In this document: one piece after another, positions 10,856 through 21,561 of the stretch
Layout: each line of letters starts with the position of its first letter
Position numbering within the stretch: position 1 is the first letter of the stretch
NCBI GenBank assembly: GCA_963664815.2
Contig: CAXXHB010000003.1
Coordinates: 3,328,001 to 3,392,000, forward strand
Length of the DNA: 64,000 nt
DNA from: Spirochaetota bacterium
Lineage (GTDB): Bacteria > Spirochaetota > UBA4802 > UBA5550
Direction: 5' to 3'
The notes under the pieces: generated by a model
Told to the model about the DNA's origin: nothing
What the model saw: only the letters and a program-made list of their open reading frames with translations
Database searches by the model: none
Made by a program: the position numbers and the translations under genes

Positions 10856-11653
10856 ATGAGCCAGTATCTTATTTCAGTCATCCTCGGAATTGTAGAGGGG
10901 ATTACTGAATTCTTACCTATATCATCAACAGGGCATCTTATAATTGTAAATAAATTTGTCGATTTCACAGGCGATTTCGCCGTAATGTTCGATGTTGTCA
11001 TACAACTCGGAGCAATACTCTCTGTTGTAGTTGTATTCTGGGACAGGTTATTCCCTTTTAAAAAAGGGAGGACATCAGAAGAGGTAAAAGGTGTTTTCAG
11101 CATATGGTATAAAGTCTGCGTCGGGGTGTTGCCGGCGCTTGTAATCGGGGCTCTGTTCGGTTCAGTTATTAAAAAACACCTGTTTAATCCTGTAACTGTA
11201 TCCATTGCGCTTGTAATCGGAGGAATCATACTAATCATTATCGAAAACAGAAAAAGGGAAAGTATTGTAAATTCAATTTCTGACCTGACATACAGGACAG
11301 CCTTTTTTATCGGTATGATACAGTGTCTCGGGATGATTCCGGGGACATCACGTTCAGCCGCAACAATCATCGGGGCAATGCTTCTTGGACTATCAAGAGT
11401 AGCCGCGGCGGAATTCTCATTTTTTCTTGCCATACCAACCATGGCAGCAGCATCAGTCTATTCAGTAATGAAACTCGGACGGATGCTCACTCCGCTGGAA
11501 ATAGAGCTTTCCGCCATCGGTTTTTTTGTATCATTCATTGTGGCATGGCTGGTCATAAAGGTTTTTATAAAATATATATCACTTCATGACTTCAAACCAT
11601 TCGGATATTACAGAATTATAATTGGAATACTCATTATTCTTCTTTACATTTAA
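10856..11653 (+). CDS. uppP: Undecaprenyl-diphosphate phosphatase
   Basis: GIVEGITEFLPISSTGH, IPGTSRSAATI and AAEFSFFLAIP motifs. Confidence 0.97.
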   Translation: MSQYLISVILGIVEGITEFLPISSTGHLIIVNKFVDFTGDFAVMFDVVIQLGAILSVVVVFWDRLFPFKKGRTSEEVKGVFSIWYKVCVGVLPALVIGALFGSVIKKHLFNPVTVSIALVIGGIILIIIENRKRESIVNSISDLTYRTAFFIGMIQCLGMIPGTSRSAATIIGAMLLGLSRVAAAEFSFFLAIPTMAAASVYSVMKLGRMLTPLEIELSAIGFFVSFIVAWLVIKVFIKYISLHDFKPFGYYRIIIGILIILLYI

Positions 11654-11815
11654 AAGCTGACCTGCATGATCCATGCCGCTGACCATAAAGCAGACTGTTC
11701 ACTATATATGCGCAGTCTGACATAAATTCTCTGCATCTCCCGAAGAATCAGCAGGATGGAATTTTCAGGAAGATGACTGACCACTGGCAAAGAATTTGGT
11801 TTCAAAAAGTGATTA

Positions 11816-11835
11816 CGTGCGTCATATGACGCACG
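11816..11835. repeat. Perfect 20-bp palindrome between convergent genes
   Basis: CGTGCGTCATATGACGCACG. Confidence 0.7.
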
Positions 11836-11874
11836 CGCTTGGACAGATTTATCTGCTTGTTATATTATTCAGTT

Positions 11875-13830
11875 TCAGCGATATATACTATCTATTTCAC
11901 CTGCAAAATTCTTCCCAACAACCTTTCCTTTCAGTTTCTGCGTTGCCGTGAGTTCATCCCTGCTCTGAAGAAACTTTCTCCGGAGGATCACATATTTCTT
12001 TACCTGTTCAAAATCAGCGAGCTGTTTATTCGCTTTACCAATCACTTCATCAACAATTTGCTTTACTGCCGGATGATTTACAAGATCATCTCCAACTTCA
12101 TAACATGAGTTCAATCCGTTAATAATGTCGTATTTTAATTCATTCTCATCGAACAAAATTCCCTTTGATTTAAATACAGGGATAAGCGCATCCCAGTAAG
12201 GAACAATAAGCGCTGAAATAAATTTTCTGCCATCTCCAATTACTATCGCCTGCTCTATTCTGAGATCACTGAGTATAAAGGATTCCACTTTTGCTGATGC
12301 CACATTTTTACCTGTATCCATTACGATGATACCTTTTTTCCTGTCAACGACACGTGCTATGCCGATGTTATTTATTTCGAGGATGTCTCCTGTTTTAAAA
12401 AAACCGTCAGGTGTAAAAGATGAAGCGGTAGATTCCGGGTCTTTATAGTATTCCCTGATTATCCCCGGCCCTTTGACAAGACATTCACCGTCTTCTGCTA
12501 TTTTGAATTCCATTCCTGGATTCGGCACTGCATTCCAGCCTATGATTATATCATTCTGGTGCCCCACACATACGCCGCACTGAGTTTCAGTAAGACCATA
12601 TCCGTTGGGAACATAGAAGCCCATCCCTGTCCATGGAATATGAAGTTCGGGAAGAAGTGCCCCTCCCCCGCAGGCAAACATCCTCATTCTTCCTCCAAGA
12701 GCTGCATGAACTTTGTCAAATATTGCTCCCTTCGCCTTCAGATACTCATCTCTCAGATCGCCTGTCAGTACATCCTCATGCTTTTTAGTCATATCAATTG
12801 TCCCGTCATGGCCCTTCCTGGCCTCAACTACTTTTGCAGCCACACTCATCCCCCACTCCCATGCCTGTTTTCCTTCGGGGGTTTCAGAAAATTTCATTCC
12901 TATCCCTTTCAATACACGATCAAGCATCCTTGGTACAACAACAGTAACTGTTGGTTTGAATGCCTGAAAATCCTCCATAACAAACTGAGGTCCCCTCCCG
13001 AAAGCGATGGCGGCCCCCCTGGGAATCATACAGTAATAACCGTACGTCCTTTCCATTACATGGGCAAATGGCATAATTGAGGCATATATATCGGTATTCA
13101 TCCACATAAAATTTCCATTAAGCTGCCCCTGCTGCGATCTCCAGATACCACCAATCCAGTCGGCATGAGTATACCTGGCTGCCTTAAGTTTACCGGTCGT
13201 TCCGGATGTATAAATTGTATTAACAGGATCTCCTGTTTTTATTTCTAATATACGCTCTTTCAATTTTGCCGGGTTTTTTTCAGCATACTTTTGGCCAGTT
13301 ATGCGGAAAGCATCAAGGTTCCATGTTTTAATACCATCCCCTTTATACTCCTTTTCAAAGCAGATGCATCCTTTCAGCGATGGGATTTCATTCCACAGCA
13401 GTTCAATCTTTCTCTGGAGATCAACATTACCGGTGAATACATAACTTACTTCCGAATGGTTCATAATGAATTTTATCTCATCATCACTTAGTGACGGGAA
13501 AACGGACACAGTGCATCCCCCGCAGATGGTAATGGCAATATCAGCCCATGCCCACTCAACCCTGGTCGGGGATATGATGCAGATATCAGTACTTTTTTTG
13601 ATACCGAGGTTCATCAGGCCGTTAGCTATCTCTTCCGAAATAATACGCCATTCATCAAAAGAGGCATATTTCCACCCCTTTCCATCATAGTATATATTAG
13701 CTGTCTTATCTTTATATTCAGCCACGGTGTTATAAAACATCAATGCAAGATTGGCTGTATTATCACGCCATTCTTTAAGCTCTTTTTCATACTCATGCCA
13801 CTGCGGCATCATCTGCCCTTCTTTATACAT
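11875..13830 (-). CDS. Long-chain fatty acid--CoA ligase (AMP-binding)
   Basis: YTSGTTG, GYGLTET and GFFKTGD motifs. 651 aa, FAA1-like. Confidence 0.9.
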   Translation of the reverse strand: MYKEGQMMPQWHEYEKELKEWRDNTANLALMFYNTVAEYKDKTANIYYDGKGWKYASFDEWRIISEEIANGLMNLGIKKSTDICIISPTRVEWAWADIAITICGGCTVSVFPSLSDDEIKFIMNHSEVSYVFTGNVDLQRKIELLWNEIPSLKGCICFEKEYKGDGIKTWNLDAFRITGQKYAEKNPAKLKERILEIKTGDPVNTIYTSGTTGKLKAARYTHADWIGGIWRSQQGQLNGNFMWMNTDIYASIMPFAHVMERTYGYYCMIPRGAAIAFGRGPQFVMEDFQAFKPTVTVVVPRMLDRVLKGIGMKFSETPEGKQAWEWGMSVAAKVVEARKGHDGTIDMTKKHEDVLTGDLRDEYLKAKGAIFDKVHAALGGRMRMFACGGGALLPELHIPWTGMGFYVPNGYGLTETQCGVCVGHQNDIIIGWNAVPNPGMEFKIAEDGECLVKGPGIIREYYKDPESTASSFTPDGFFKTGDILEINNIGIARVVDRKKGIIVMDTGKNVASAKVESFILSDLRIEQAIVIGDGRKFISALIVPYWDALIPVFKSKGILFDENELKYDIINGLNSCYEVGDDLVNHPAVKQIVDEVIGKANKQLADFEQVKKYVILRRKFLQSRDELTATQKLKGKVVGKNFAGEIDSIYR

Positions 13831-13873
13831 AAAATCTCTCCTTCAAAGTTTTATATTGCAGTCTGCACAGGCT

Positions 13874-15514
13874 TTATTTCATTTCACTTATCATTTTACG
13901 CAGAAGAACCTTGTCGATTTTACCAATAAAATTGTGAGGGACAGCCGGGATAAATTTGTACCCATCAGGTAAATCCGGAATCCACCACTTTTCGATCTTT
14001 CCATCTTCAGCATATCGCAGCAGGTGGTTTCTTATGTCCTCAGCTGTTGCAGATTGCCCCGGTTTCAGAGCTATGCACGCACATGGACGTTCATCCCATC
14101 TGGCGTCAGGAATTCCAACAACAGCACATTCAAGAACCGACGGGTGAATACTGACAGCGTCCTCAATAATCAGAGTGGATATCCACTCCCCGCCCGATTT
14201 TATCGCATCCTTGACACGATCGGTTACCATCAGGTAGCCCTCCTTATCCAGATAACCGACATCGCCTGTATTCAGCCATCCGTTCTCCCAGAGTTTTTCA
14301 GTATTCTCAGGATCAGCAAGGTATTCATGGGTACACCATGGAGTCCTCACCTGTATAGCTCCAACGGTTTTACCATCGGCAGGTACTTCCTTCATCGAAT
14401 CATCAACAACCCTTCTCCTGCCGAAAACCCATGGGATACCACTCCTGATTATATAACCTATCTGGTCATCAAACGGCAGATCATTCTTGTCAACCCTCGG
14501 CTGACCAAGAGCCATTGCCGGGCATGTTTCTGTCATTCCGTAGCATGATATTGTTTTAATTCCAAGCTTCCACGCACGCTCGGCAAGCTGCCTTGTTTCC
14601 TTTGCGCCTCCAAGACCCACACGCCAGTTGCTCAGATCATATTTCTCGGCGTCTGGATGAAAAACCAGCATATGAAGAATAGTAGTTACGCAATGGCTTA
14701 CATCAACTTTCTCTTCATGGATCCATCGAAGCAGCTTATCCGGTTCATACTTCCCCGGCAGTATATACCTGCACCCCATCATAAATGCGAAGTACGGCAC
14801 ACCCCATCCCTGTACATGGAACAGCGGTGTAAGCGGCATATATGTCTGACCGGCATGGAAATTCAGCGGAGGGAATATCCCCCACTGTATACAAACCGCT
14901 ATTGCGTGCATTACTAGCTCCCGATGGGTAAATACGACACCTTTGGGATTTCCCGTTGTTCCCGAAGTATAGCAGAGAGCTGCCCTGCTGTTTTCAGAGA
15001 TTTCAGGAAACTCATATATGTCGGACTGACCTGAAAGAAGTTCCTCGTATGCTACAGCATCAGGCAGGGTTACACCCGGGACTTTTCCGTCCGGACGATC
15101 TGTCATTATCACATATTTCTTAACAGTTGGAAGTTTATCTTTCATACCCTGAATTAATGGAAGAAAATCCTCGCTTACAAACAGCACTTTATCCTTCGCA
15201 TTATTAATACAGTACTCAATCTGTTCCGGGGACATTCTGACATTGACCGTATGAAACATACAGCCGCTTAAAGGGATGGCCCAGTGTGCCTCAAGGTAGC
15301 GATATGTATCCCATTCCAGCATTCCCACAGCATCACCTTCTTTAATGCCAAAGGACTTAAGGGCATTGCACAATTTTTTCACCCGCCTGTAATGATCAGT
15401 ATAGGTGTACTGAAATTCATCCCTGTATTTTATTATCTGGTCCGGAGCATAATTAATCCCATGCTCCAGAAACATCCTGAGAGTCAATTGATACTGATAA
15501 CCATAGCTTTCCAT
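13874..15514 (-). CDS. Fatty acid--CoA ligase (AlkK/FadD-like)
   Basis: YTSGTTGNPKG, YGMTET, GWLNTGD and DRVKDAIKSGGEWIS motifs. Confidence 0.92.
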   Translation of the reverse strand: MESYGYQYQLTLRMFLEHGINYAPDQIIKYRDEFQYTYTDHYRRVKKLCNALKSFGIKEGDAVGMLEWDTYRYLEAHWAIPLSGCMFHTVNVRMSPEQIEYCINNAKDKVLFVSEDFLPLIQGMKDKLPTVKKYVIMTDRPDGKVPGVTLPDAVAYEELLSGQSDIYEFPEISENSRAALCYTSGTTGNPKGVVFTHRELVMHAIAVCIQWGIFPPLNFHAGQTYMPLTPLFHVQGWGVPYFAFMMGCRYILPGKYEPDKLLRWIHEEKVDVSHCVTTILHMLVFHPDAEKYDLSNWRVGLGGAKETRQLAERAWKLGIKTISCYGMTETCPAMALGQPRVDKNDLPFDDQIGYIIRSGIPWVFGRRRVVDDSMKEVPADGKTVGAIQVRTPWCTHEYLADPENTEKLWENGWLNTGDVGYLDKEGYLMVTDRVKDAIKSGGEWISTLIIEDAVSIHPSVLECAVVGIPDARWDERPCACIALKPGQSATAEDIRNHLLRYAEDGKIEKWWIPDLPDGYKFIPAVPHNFIGKIDKVLLRKMISEMK

Positions 15515-15590
15515 AAACTTCCTCCGGATTAAAATTTTAAATTAACGCACATCAGTAAATCTGAGATTCTACTTTATTAAAAATATAAAA

Positions 15591-15695
15591 TAAAACAGTA
15601 ATAATCCTAAAAATATATTCTAATATAAAATAAACGACTATATCTCTCCGCCGCTTTCGGCGGCGGAGAGAACAGAGCATTTTATGTTATAAAAA
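15591..15695. repeat. Dispersed hairpin-containing repeat, copy A
   Basis: 12-bp stem TCTCTCCGCCGC-tttcg-GCGGCGGAGAGA (15643-15671). AT-rich flanks align with the reverse complement of about 51855-51968 and partly with 54520-54578. Confidence 0.75.
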
Positions 15696-15769
15696 AATTA
15701 AGCAATAATTATTGAAAATAAAACTTTAAATATCAAATTATTTATCGCAAGGACATACAGATATATTTT

Positions 15770-17488
15770 TCAATCCCATTTGCCGGCAGATTTAAGTTTT
15801 TCAACAACCGGTTCTGCTTCCTTAATCATTGCAGGAACGTCTATCTTCCCAACACGGTTTACATGAAAGCTTTTATCCTCCGGCCAGAATTCAACATGAA
15901 GAGGTCTTTTATATCCTGCAAGGCCTTTACAGTATTCCATAATCTCATCAGCTGACACCTTCATTCCAGGCCTTGTTTTCACATAGGCAAATACTCCATC
16001 AACATTTGTCCTGTGCGGTATCCCCACAACAAGAGCCTGGGCTACGCCGGGATGCTTTGTTATGAAATCACTGACCTCATCCGGAAACACAAGGTAGCCC
16101 TTAGGCTTTATAACAAACTTTCTTCTCCCGGCAAACTTGAGTCCCTTATACGCGCCGAAATCGTGAAAATACCCCATATCCCCCGTGTAAAGGATTCCTT
16201 CCTTTGAAATCATCTTTGAAGTTGCCTCCGGATCATTATAATAACCGGGAAATACGATAGGGCCGTGAACACAGATATCCCCCACCTCCCCCTGCGGTAA
16301 TTCTTGCCCTGCCGTGCCGTCTTCATTCATAGGCATTCTTATTGTCACAGGGGCAAGTTCAGGGAATACCTGCCCTACCTGACCTGACATCTCTTCAATT
16401 GGTATGGCCTTTGGTGTTGCGGTGAAATATCCGGCGCACTCGGTCATTCCCAGTGCAGTACCGAATGATGGAGCCATCTTCTGCATATCCTTAAGAAAAG
16501 CAGTGTCAACAGCGCTCCCTCCGTAAAGCACATACAACAGACTGCTCAGATCGTAGTCTTTATATGCAGGCATCTGCCAGATCATATGGAACATTGTCGG
16601 CACTCCGCCCCACCATGTCGGCCTGTACTTCTGGACAGATTTAAGGATCATTTCAGGCTGGTAAACGTTTACAGATATAACAGTTCCGCCTGTAAACCAG
16701 ACAGTCATAGGCCCCTGGCATGTCCCGGCAACATGACTTGTGGGCATTGAATTAAGATACCTGTTTGCCGTGCCCCACAGCCCCACCTCGCGTGAGAATA
16801 CCGCGTTGTTTGTAATTGTATTTTCATTGCAGATCAGCGCAGGTTTAGGCAGCCCGGTTGTCCCTGTTGTGAAAATAATAATATGAGGGTCTCTTTTATC
16901 AAGAGTCCGGTATTCTCTCATGAGAGCGGAGGTAAGTGCAGTATTATCTGCAAGAGAGGCGAGCTTATCCTTCGTAAAGAGATCATCGAATTTTTTAACG
17001 CCGCTCCCGACAAGCTCTTCAGGAACGCCCGGTGTATGCTGAATTATATGATTAAGGGATCTCACTCCCCCCGCCACAGCCGAAGATACCTCTGTAAAAT
17101 CCCGGAGTGGAGTTTTACCCATGCAGAAGAAAACCACTGGTGAAATCTTATTCATATCCCTTATCATTTCACCTGTCTGAAGTCTTATATCAAGCGGTGA
17201 GATTATTGCGCCAATGGTCGCACAGGCATATGTGAGCATAAAAAACTCAGGGCTTGAAAGCCATTGTACTGCTAAAACATCACCCTTTTTAATACCCATA
17301 TCCATAAGCCGCAGAGCATAAAGTGTAATCATCTCATCAAACTCGCGGTAAGTGTAGCTTGCACCGCTGTCTGCGCTCATAAGTGCAATATTGTCCGGTG
17401 TAATATCAGCCCACTTCTTTACATAATCAGCCACAAGCGGCAGTTTCCATTTATCCTTCAATGATTCATCAAGCTTTATAGAAAACAT
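15770..17488 (-). CDS. Class I adenylate-forming acyl-CoA synthetase
   Basis: FTTGTTGLPK, LGMTEC and LYTGDMG motifs. Confidence 0.88.
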   Translation of the reverse strand: MFSIKLDESLKDKWKLPLVADYVKKWADITPDNIALMSADSGASYTYREFDEMITLYALRLMDMGIKKGDVLAVQWLSSPEFFMLTYACATIGAIISPLDIRLQTGEMIRDMNKISPVVFFCMGKTPLRDFTEVSSAVAGGVRSLNHIIQHTPGVPEELVGSGVKKFDDLFTKDKLASLADNTALTSALMREYRTLDKRDPHIIIFTTGTTGLPKPALICNENTITNNAVFSREVGLWGTANRYLNSMPTSHVAGTCQGPMTVWFTGGTVISVNVYQPEMILKSVQKYRPTWWGGVPTMFHMIWQMPAYKDYDLSSLLYVLYGGSAVDTAFLKDMQKMAPSFGTALGMTECAGYFTATPKAIPIEEMSGQVGQVFPELAPVTIRMPMNEDGTAGQELPQGEVGDICVHGPIVFPGYYNDPEATSKMISKEGILYTGDMGYFHDFGAYKGLKFAGRRKFVIKPKGYLVFPDEVSDFITKHPGVAQALVVGIPHRTNVDGVFAYVKTRPGMKVSADEIMEYCKGLAGYKRPLHVEFWPEDKSFHVNRVGKIDVPAMIKEAEPVVEKLKSAGKWD

Positions 17489-17543
17489 TCAGTCCTCCTC
17501 ATAATTTATTGTGAGGAGAGTATAGCATGCAGATCTTCCGTTG

Positions 17544-17595
17544 TCTTATAAATCTATATTTTTGAAAATCCGGTTTCTTATAAATCTATATTTTT
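17544..17595. promoter_or_regulatory. Perfect 20-bp direct repeat, probable AraC-family operator
   Basis: TCTTATAAATCTATATTTTT at 17544 and 17576 (32-bp period), between the divergent ligase and AraC genes. Confidence 0.7.
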
Positions 17596-17740
17596 ATAAC
17601 TGACCTGTCTCTTGACTATAACCTGGCGTGGAAAACAAATATCTGTTGATCTTTATTATACTCCCTGTTAGACTGTTTCTGAATTTAAGCAGAACCATGT
17701 CTGCGATGATCAATAAAAAGGAAGTCAGAATGGCAGTTAT

Positions 17741-18868
17741 ATGTCACTAATTCATCAGCATCTTATCTTTATTGGAGCATACTTTTCACTTATAATAGGC
17801 ATAGGGCAGTTTATACAGAAAAACAAGCAGGGAGCCGGGTATATCTACGGCATCTCTTTTGTCAGTATGGGATTATGGATATTCCATATATGTTCATATT
17901 CAACCGGGCTTCTGGATAATACCTTCATGGTAAACCTGTTTCTTATTCCCTTCGGATTTATATCTGCACCGGCCATGGCGCTGCGATACCGCTGGCTTCT
18001 GAGCCAGTCCACACCGGACAGAAAGATTATGTTTATACTGCTTGTTCCTGCCATTGTCTCACTGATTATCATCTCTTTTCCCTTTTTAGATAACTCAATT
18101 ATCCTTAAACCTGAATACTTCAGAAGCGTCCCCCTGTTTTCAGCGGGGTTTCCTGCACTTACCACATATTTCAAAATAATACAGGCACTCTATTTTCTTC
18201 CGAAACTCTATCTTGTAATATTCATGTTTTTTGTTCTTAAAAGTATGAAAGGGATCATGAAAGGCATACTGGAGGGGAGAAAGAGTGATTCTAAAAACAT
18301 TGTATCAAGGGCCGCTTATATATTCGCCCTTAACATACTCCTTTCAACTGCAATTACGGGAGCCGGGGATCTTTTTTCCACGGAGCTTATTACATGGTCT
18401 GTACTATATGTAAACGGGACATTCATATCTGTTTTCCTTTTCGGGCAGAGAAACCCCGATTACAACAAGGTTATCAGAACTGATATTATAAAGCGGCACT
18501 ATATTAAATCAAAGATCATGGATCTCGATATTGACAATGTAATGAATAATTTAAGGCAGATGATGGAGAACGAGAAGGCCTTTGCCTCCGAAGATATATC
18601 ACTGAAATCAGTGGCGGAGGAACTTGATATTTCACCTCACCAGCTCTCTGAAATAATAAATAAAAACTTCAATAAAAATTTCAACACCTATTTAAATGAT
18701 TTCCGAATAGAAGAAGCAAAAAAAATGCTTATTGACGAACCAGACCGCACTATCACTTCAATTGCAGTCGCAGTCGGTTTCAATACAAACACTGCATTCA
18801 GCTCTGTTTTCTCCAGGTCTGAAGGGATTAGCCCCAAACTCTACAGGCGGAATTTTAAAAAGTGCTGA
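17741..18868 (+). CDS. Membrane-anchored AraC-family transcriptional regulator
   Basis: N-terminal multi-TM domain and a C-terminal AraC HTH (NFNTYLNDFRIEEAK...IAVAVGFNT...F). Confidence 0.9.
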   Translation: MSLIHQHLIFIGAYFSLIIGIGQFIQKNKQGAGYIYGISFVSMGLWIFHICSYSTGLLDNTFMVNLFLIPFGFISAPAMALRYRWLLSQSTPDRKIMFILLVPAIVSLIIISFPFLDNSIILKPEYFRSVPLFSAGFPALTTYFKIIQALYFLPKLYLVIFMFFVLKSMKGIMKGILEGRKSDSKNIVSRAAYIFALNILLSTAITGAGDLFSTELITWSVLYVNGTFISVFLFGQRNPDYNKVIRTDIIKRHYIKSKIMDLDIDNVMNNLRQMMENEKAFASEDISLKSVAEELDISPHQLSEIINKNFNKNFNTYLNDFRIEEAKKMLIDEPDRTITSIAVAVGFNTNTAFSSVFSRSEGISPKLYRRNFKKC

Positions 18869-19136
18869 TACCTTTCTGACCTTCAGCCAGACGATTTAAA
18901 AAAGATGGTTTTGGACACCTTTGATAATTTCGTATAAGATCGAATATTTCCCGGGATTTTTAACTTAAAATTTACTCTAATGAATTACACTTTTTTAATT
19001 TTTCCGGGTAAAAGTATTGACTTAAAACATAACGATGCGTTATAATATAAAAATTAGTATATCCGATAAACAGAATTGAGTATGATGGAAACTCTTTGAA
19101 ATTTTATCGCTGTTTACTAAAACAAAAAAAGAAAGG

Positions 19137-19904
19137 ATGAAGCAGATGAAAAAAATTTTTAGAAACGCGGGATTTCTGGTTTTAGGATGCCTCTTTCTGG
19201 GGTATCTTCCAGTGTATTCCACTCCGGAGACCGACCTTGCAGAATTAACCAGATTAAGTAGTGAAGTCTGCCCGGCTTTGAAACAGGTGATTTCGGATGA
19301 GCTCAACACGGCAAAAAAGGTGGTAGAATGGCAGCAGGTGCCAACCAGCGGTAACGCCATTCCTCTTTATAATGCAGAGGGTAAGCTCATATCATTTCAG
19401 ATTAATTATCAGAGTAATGAAACAAAACCGGTATGGGAGCGTATGGGGAATTTTGCCCATGAAATTATGCATGCTGTTGTTCTGGATTCATATAACCGCG
19501 ATTTTATCAACTATACCAATGCAGCCGACAAGCCGCTTCCTGAGCCCGTGTTTAAAAAGTACAAGGGTCTTACATTCGTCATGACAAATCAGGCAGACCG
19601 CCAGTTTAAACAGGCAAACCGGAAAGCCGATGAAAAGATCGGTAAAAATGCCGAGGAACTTCTGAGTCTGGTTTCAAAATCCGGGCTTCCTGCCGACAAG
19701 CAGAAAATGCTGAACGATAAAATCAATTACATCAGGCAATGGCCGGCCAGGGAATATGAAACATGTCTGGTTCAGATGATGATCTGGTGTCATTACTGGA
19801 AGGCTGATACTAAAAGCAGTTTTTATCTCAAGCTCAATGATCTTCTCGAAAATGCCAATTATCGAAGGAAGACCCAGTCAAATTTTGTTGTAGTTTTGAA
19901 GTAG
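19137..19904 (+). CDS. Secreted hypothetical protein with a HEXXH motif
   Basis: Signal peptide and NFAHEIMH zincin motif. Confidence 0.6.
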   Translation: MKQMKKIFRNAGFLVLGCLFLGYLPVYSTPETDLAELTRLSSEVCPALKQVISDELNTAKKVVEWQQVPTSGNAIPLYNAEGKLISFQINYQSNETKPVWERMGNFAHEIMHAVVLDSYNRDFINYTNAADKPLPEPVFKKYKGLTFVMTNQADRQFKQANRKADEKIGKNAEELLSLVSKSGLPADKQKMLNDKINYIRQWPAREYETCLVQMMIWCHYWKADTKSSFYLKLNDLLENANYRRKTQSNFVVVLK

Positions 19905-19951
19905 ACCTCAAATGATACAGTTGACCCCGGCGTTGTAACCGGTCCGGTGAT

Positions 19952-19991
19952 TTTCATAAACAGCATAAAAAATTACATGCTGTTTATGAAA
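19952..19991. terminator. Probable bidirectional terminator
   Basis: 15-bp stem TTTCATAAACAGCAT...ATGCTGTTTATGAAA between convergent genes. Confidence 0.65.
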
Positions 19992-20014
19992 TAATCCGAA
20001 TTTATTGAAAAATA

Positions 20015-20905
20015 CTAAAGCCAGTCATTTAGGCTCAGCCCTATTCCGATGCTATCAGTTTTATGATTGTATTCGATAAGACTCTGTCCATAACCATGGA
20101 AATATTGCACATATAAACTATAATTGCTGAATAATTTATAACTCCAGGTTAAGCCTGAAGATTCCCTTTTAAAACAACTCTCTATAAAATTTTGTAATTG
20201 TAGAGATATAACATTGTTATTCAGCTTATATACAAGAATTATCTGGCCATATCCTGTATAATTATAAATATCTTTATTCAGACTTTCATCACTACGGAAT
20301 ACAGGCAACCATCCTGTGGTATGAATCATCCAGTTTTCACCGGAAAAGGTCATTCTTAAATATGCTCTGTTCCAGGCACGCTCGGTGTCTCCACCTTTGC
20401 CATTTGATTGATGTACAATCCCTAAAGAAGAACCGAATTCGGAGAAAAATTTGTGAAAAATAAATATTTCAGGTTCATAATCAACTTCACGGAAAAATGA
20501 TGAATTCTGATAAAGCTGCCAATACCCAAGCTGTGTATAAGCAAATAGTAACCCACTATTCGTGTCAAATATTCTCTCCCAAAATGGCATAATTAGACTG
20601 AGTTGAAATTTGAAATCTGTATGAGAAAGTTTCTGATTATCTGGAGTATTATTCCTGTATACATCATCATAAGTATGTAAAGAATAATATGCAGGAATAA
20701 AATAATTTGGTTTGTAAAGCCCAATACCAAAAGGGTTTTTCATTGAATCTCTCATCTGATGATGCCTTTTTTCATGCGCATTTGTATATCTATCTTCTGA
20801 ATCCTCTTTCAGAATTTCAGCATCGTCGGTTTCTGGAAATACCGGAGAGTTCATTATAACAGTGCAGAGTAAAAATAATAATGTTATTTTATTTTTCAAA
20901 ATCAT
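20015..20905 (-). CDS. pldA: Outer membrane phospholipase A (OMPLA), second paralog
   Basis: KFQLSL, YTQLGYWQ, HQSNGKGG...RAWNR, GYGQSLIEY and C-terminal NDWL. Confidence 0.9.
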   Translation of the reverse strand: MILKNKITLLFLLCTVIMNSPVFPETDDAEILKEDSEDRYTNAHEKRHHQMRDSMKNPFGIGLYKPNYFIPAYYSLHTYDDVYRNNTPDNQKLSHTDFKFQLSLIMPFWERIFDTNSGLLFAYTQLGYWQLYQNSSFFREVDYEPEIFIFHKFFSEFGSSLGIVHQSNGKGGDTERAWNRAYLRMTFSGENWMIHTTGWLPVFRSDESLNKDIYNYTGYGQIILVYKLNNNVISLQLQNFIESCFKRESSGLTWSYKLFSNYSLYVQYFHGYGQSLIEYNHKTDSIGIGLSLNDWL

Positions 20906-20908
20906 TAC

Positions 20909-21199
20909 TCATTTATAACTAAATTTTTCTGATCTATTATGATAAATTGCTGTATCAGGATAATTCCATGATATTGCTCCATTCGGACATTTTTCAATGC
21001 AGTCACCACATGAATCACATAAACTGTAATTAAACATAATATATTCAGGATGACAGGGTACGACAAGGGAAATACAATATTTTATACATTTTGCACAGCA
21101 GATGTTTGAGATAATGGAAATCGTTTTTGTATGGCATATCTCAACGCAGGTATTACATTTCGAACATTTCAACTGGTCAGCAACTGGTACTTTTTTCAT
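20909..21199 (-). CDS. 4Fe-4S ferredoxin-like protein
   Basis: CSKCNTCVEIC and CDSCGDCIEKCP motifs plus an extra Cys-rich insert. Confidence 0.85.
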   Translation of the reverse strand: MKKVPVADQLKCSKCNTCVEICHTKTISIISNICCAKCIKYCISLVVPCHPEYIMFNYSLCDSCGDCIEKCPNGAISWNYPDTAIYHNRSEKFSYK

Positions 21200-21251
21200 A
21201 AATCTACCCCGGATTATGAGCATTTAAACAAGCCTGTTTTAAAATGACTAT

Positions 21252-21542
21252 TTACTGAGTCTGAATATTTTTAACTGTTACTACGGGTTTTCCATTCCCA
21301 TTTCTTTCAAGAATACACTCCGCATCGATGATCCCTGCCAGCCGTTCATCTGATGCCCGGAGTGTATTAAAGTCTGTATTTTCAAGAAATTCCTTCAATA
21401 ATTCAAGCTGTTCCGCTAAAACCGGAAGTATATCATTATCGGCAGAATCCAGAATTATCCGGGTAATCCGCCGGAACTCATCTTTCGCTGCACTCTGAAT
21501 ACAATGGCCGCCTGTTGTAAGCAGAACTGAAGTTTTCCCCAT
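21252..21542 (-). CDS. Hypothetical protein in the Fe-S operon
   Basis: 96 aa ORF co-oriented and closely spaced within the operon. Confidence 0.65.
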   Translation of the reverse strand: MGKTSVLLTTGGHCIQSAAKDEFRRITRIILDSADNDILPVLAEQLELLKEFLENTDFNTLRASDERLAGIIDAECILERNGNGKPVVTVKNIQTQ

Positions 21543-21561
21543 TTATATCGATGACCCTTTG

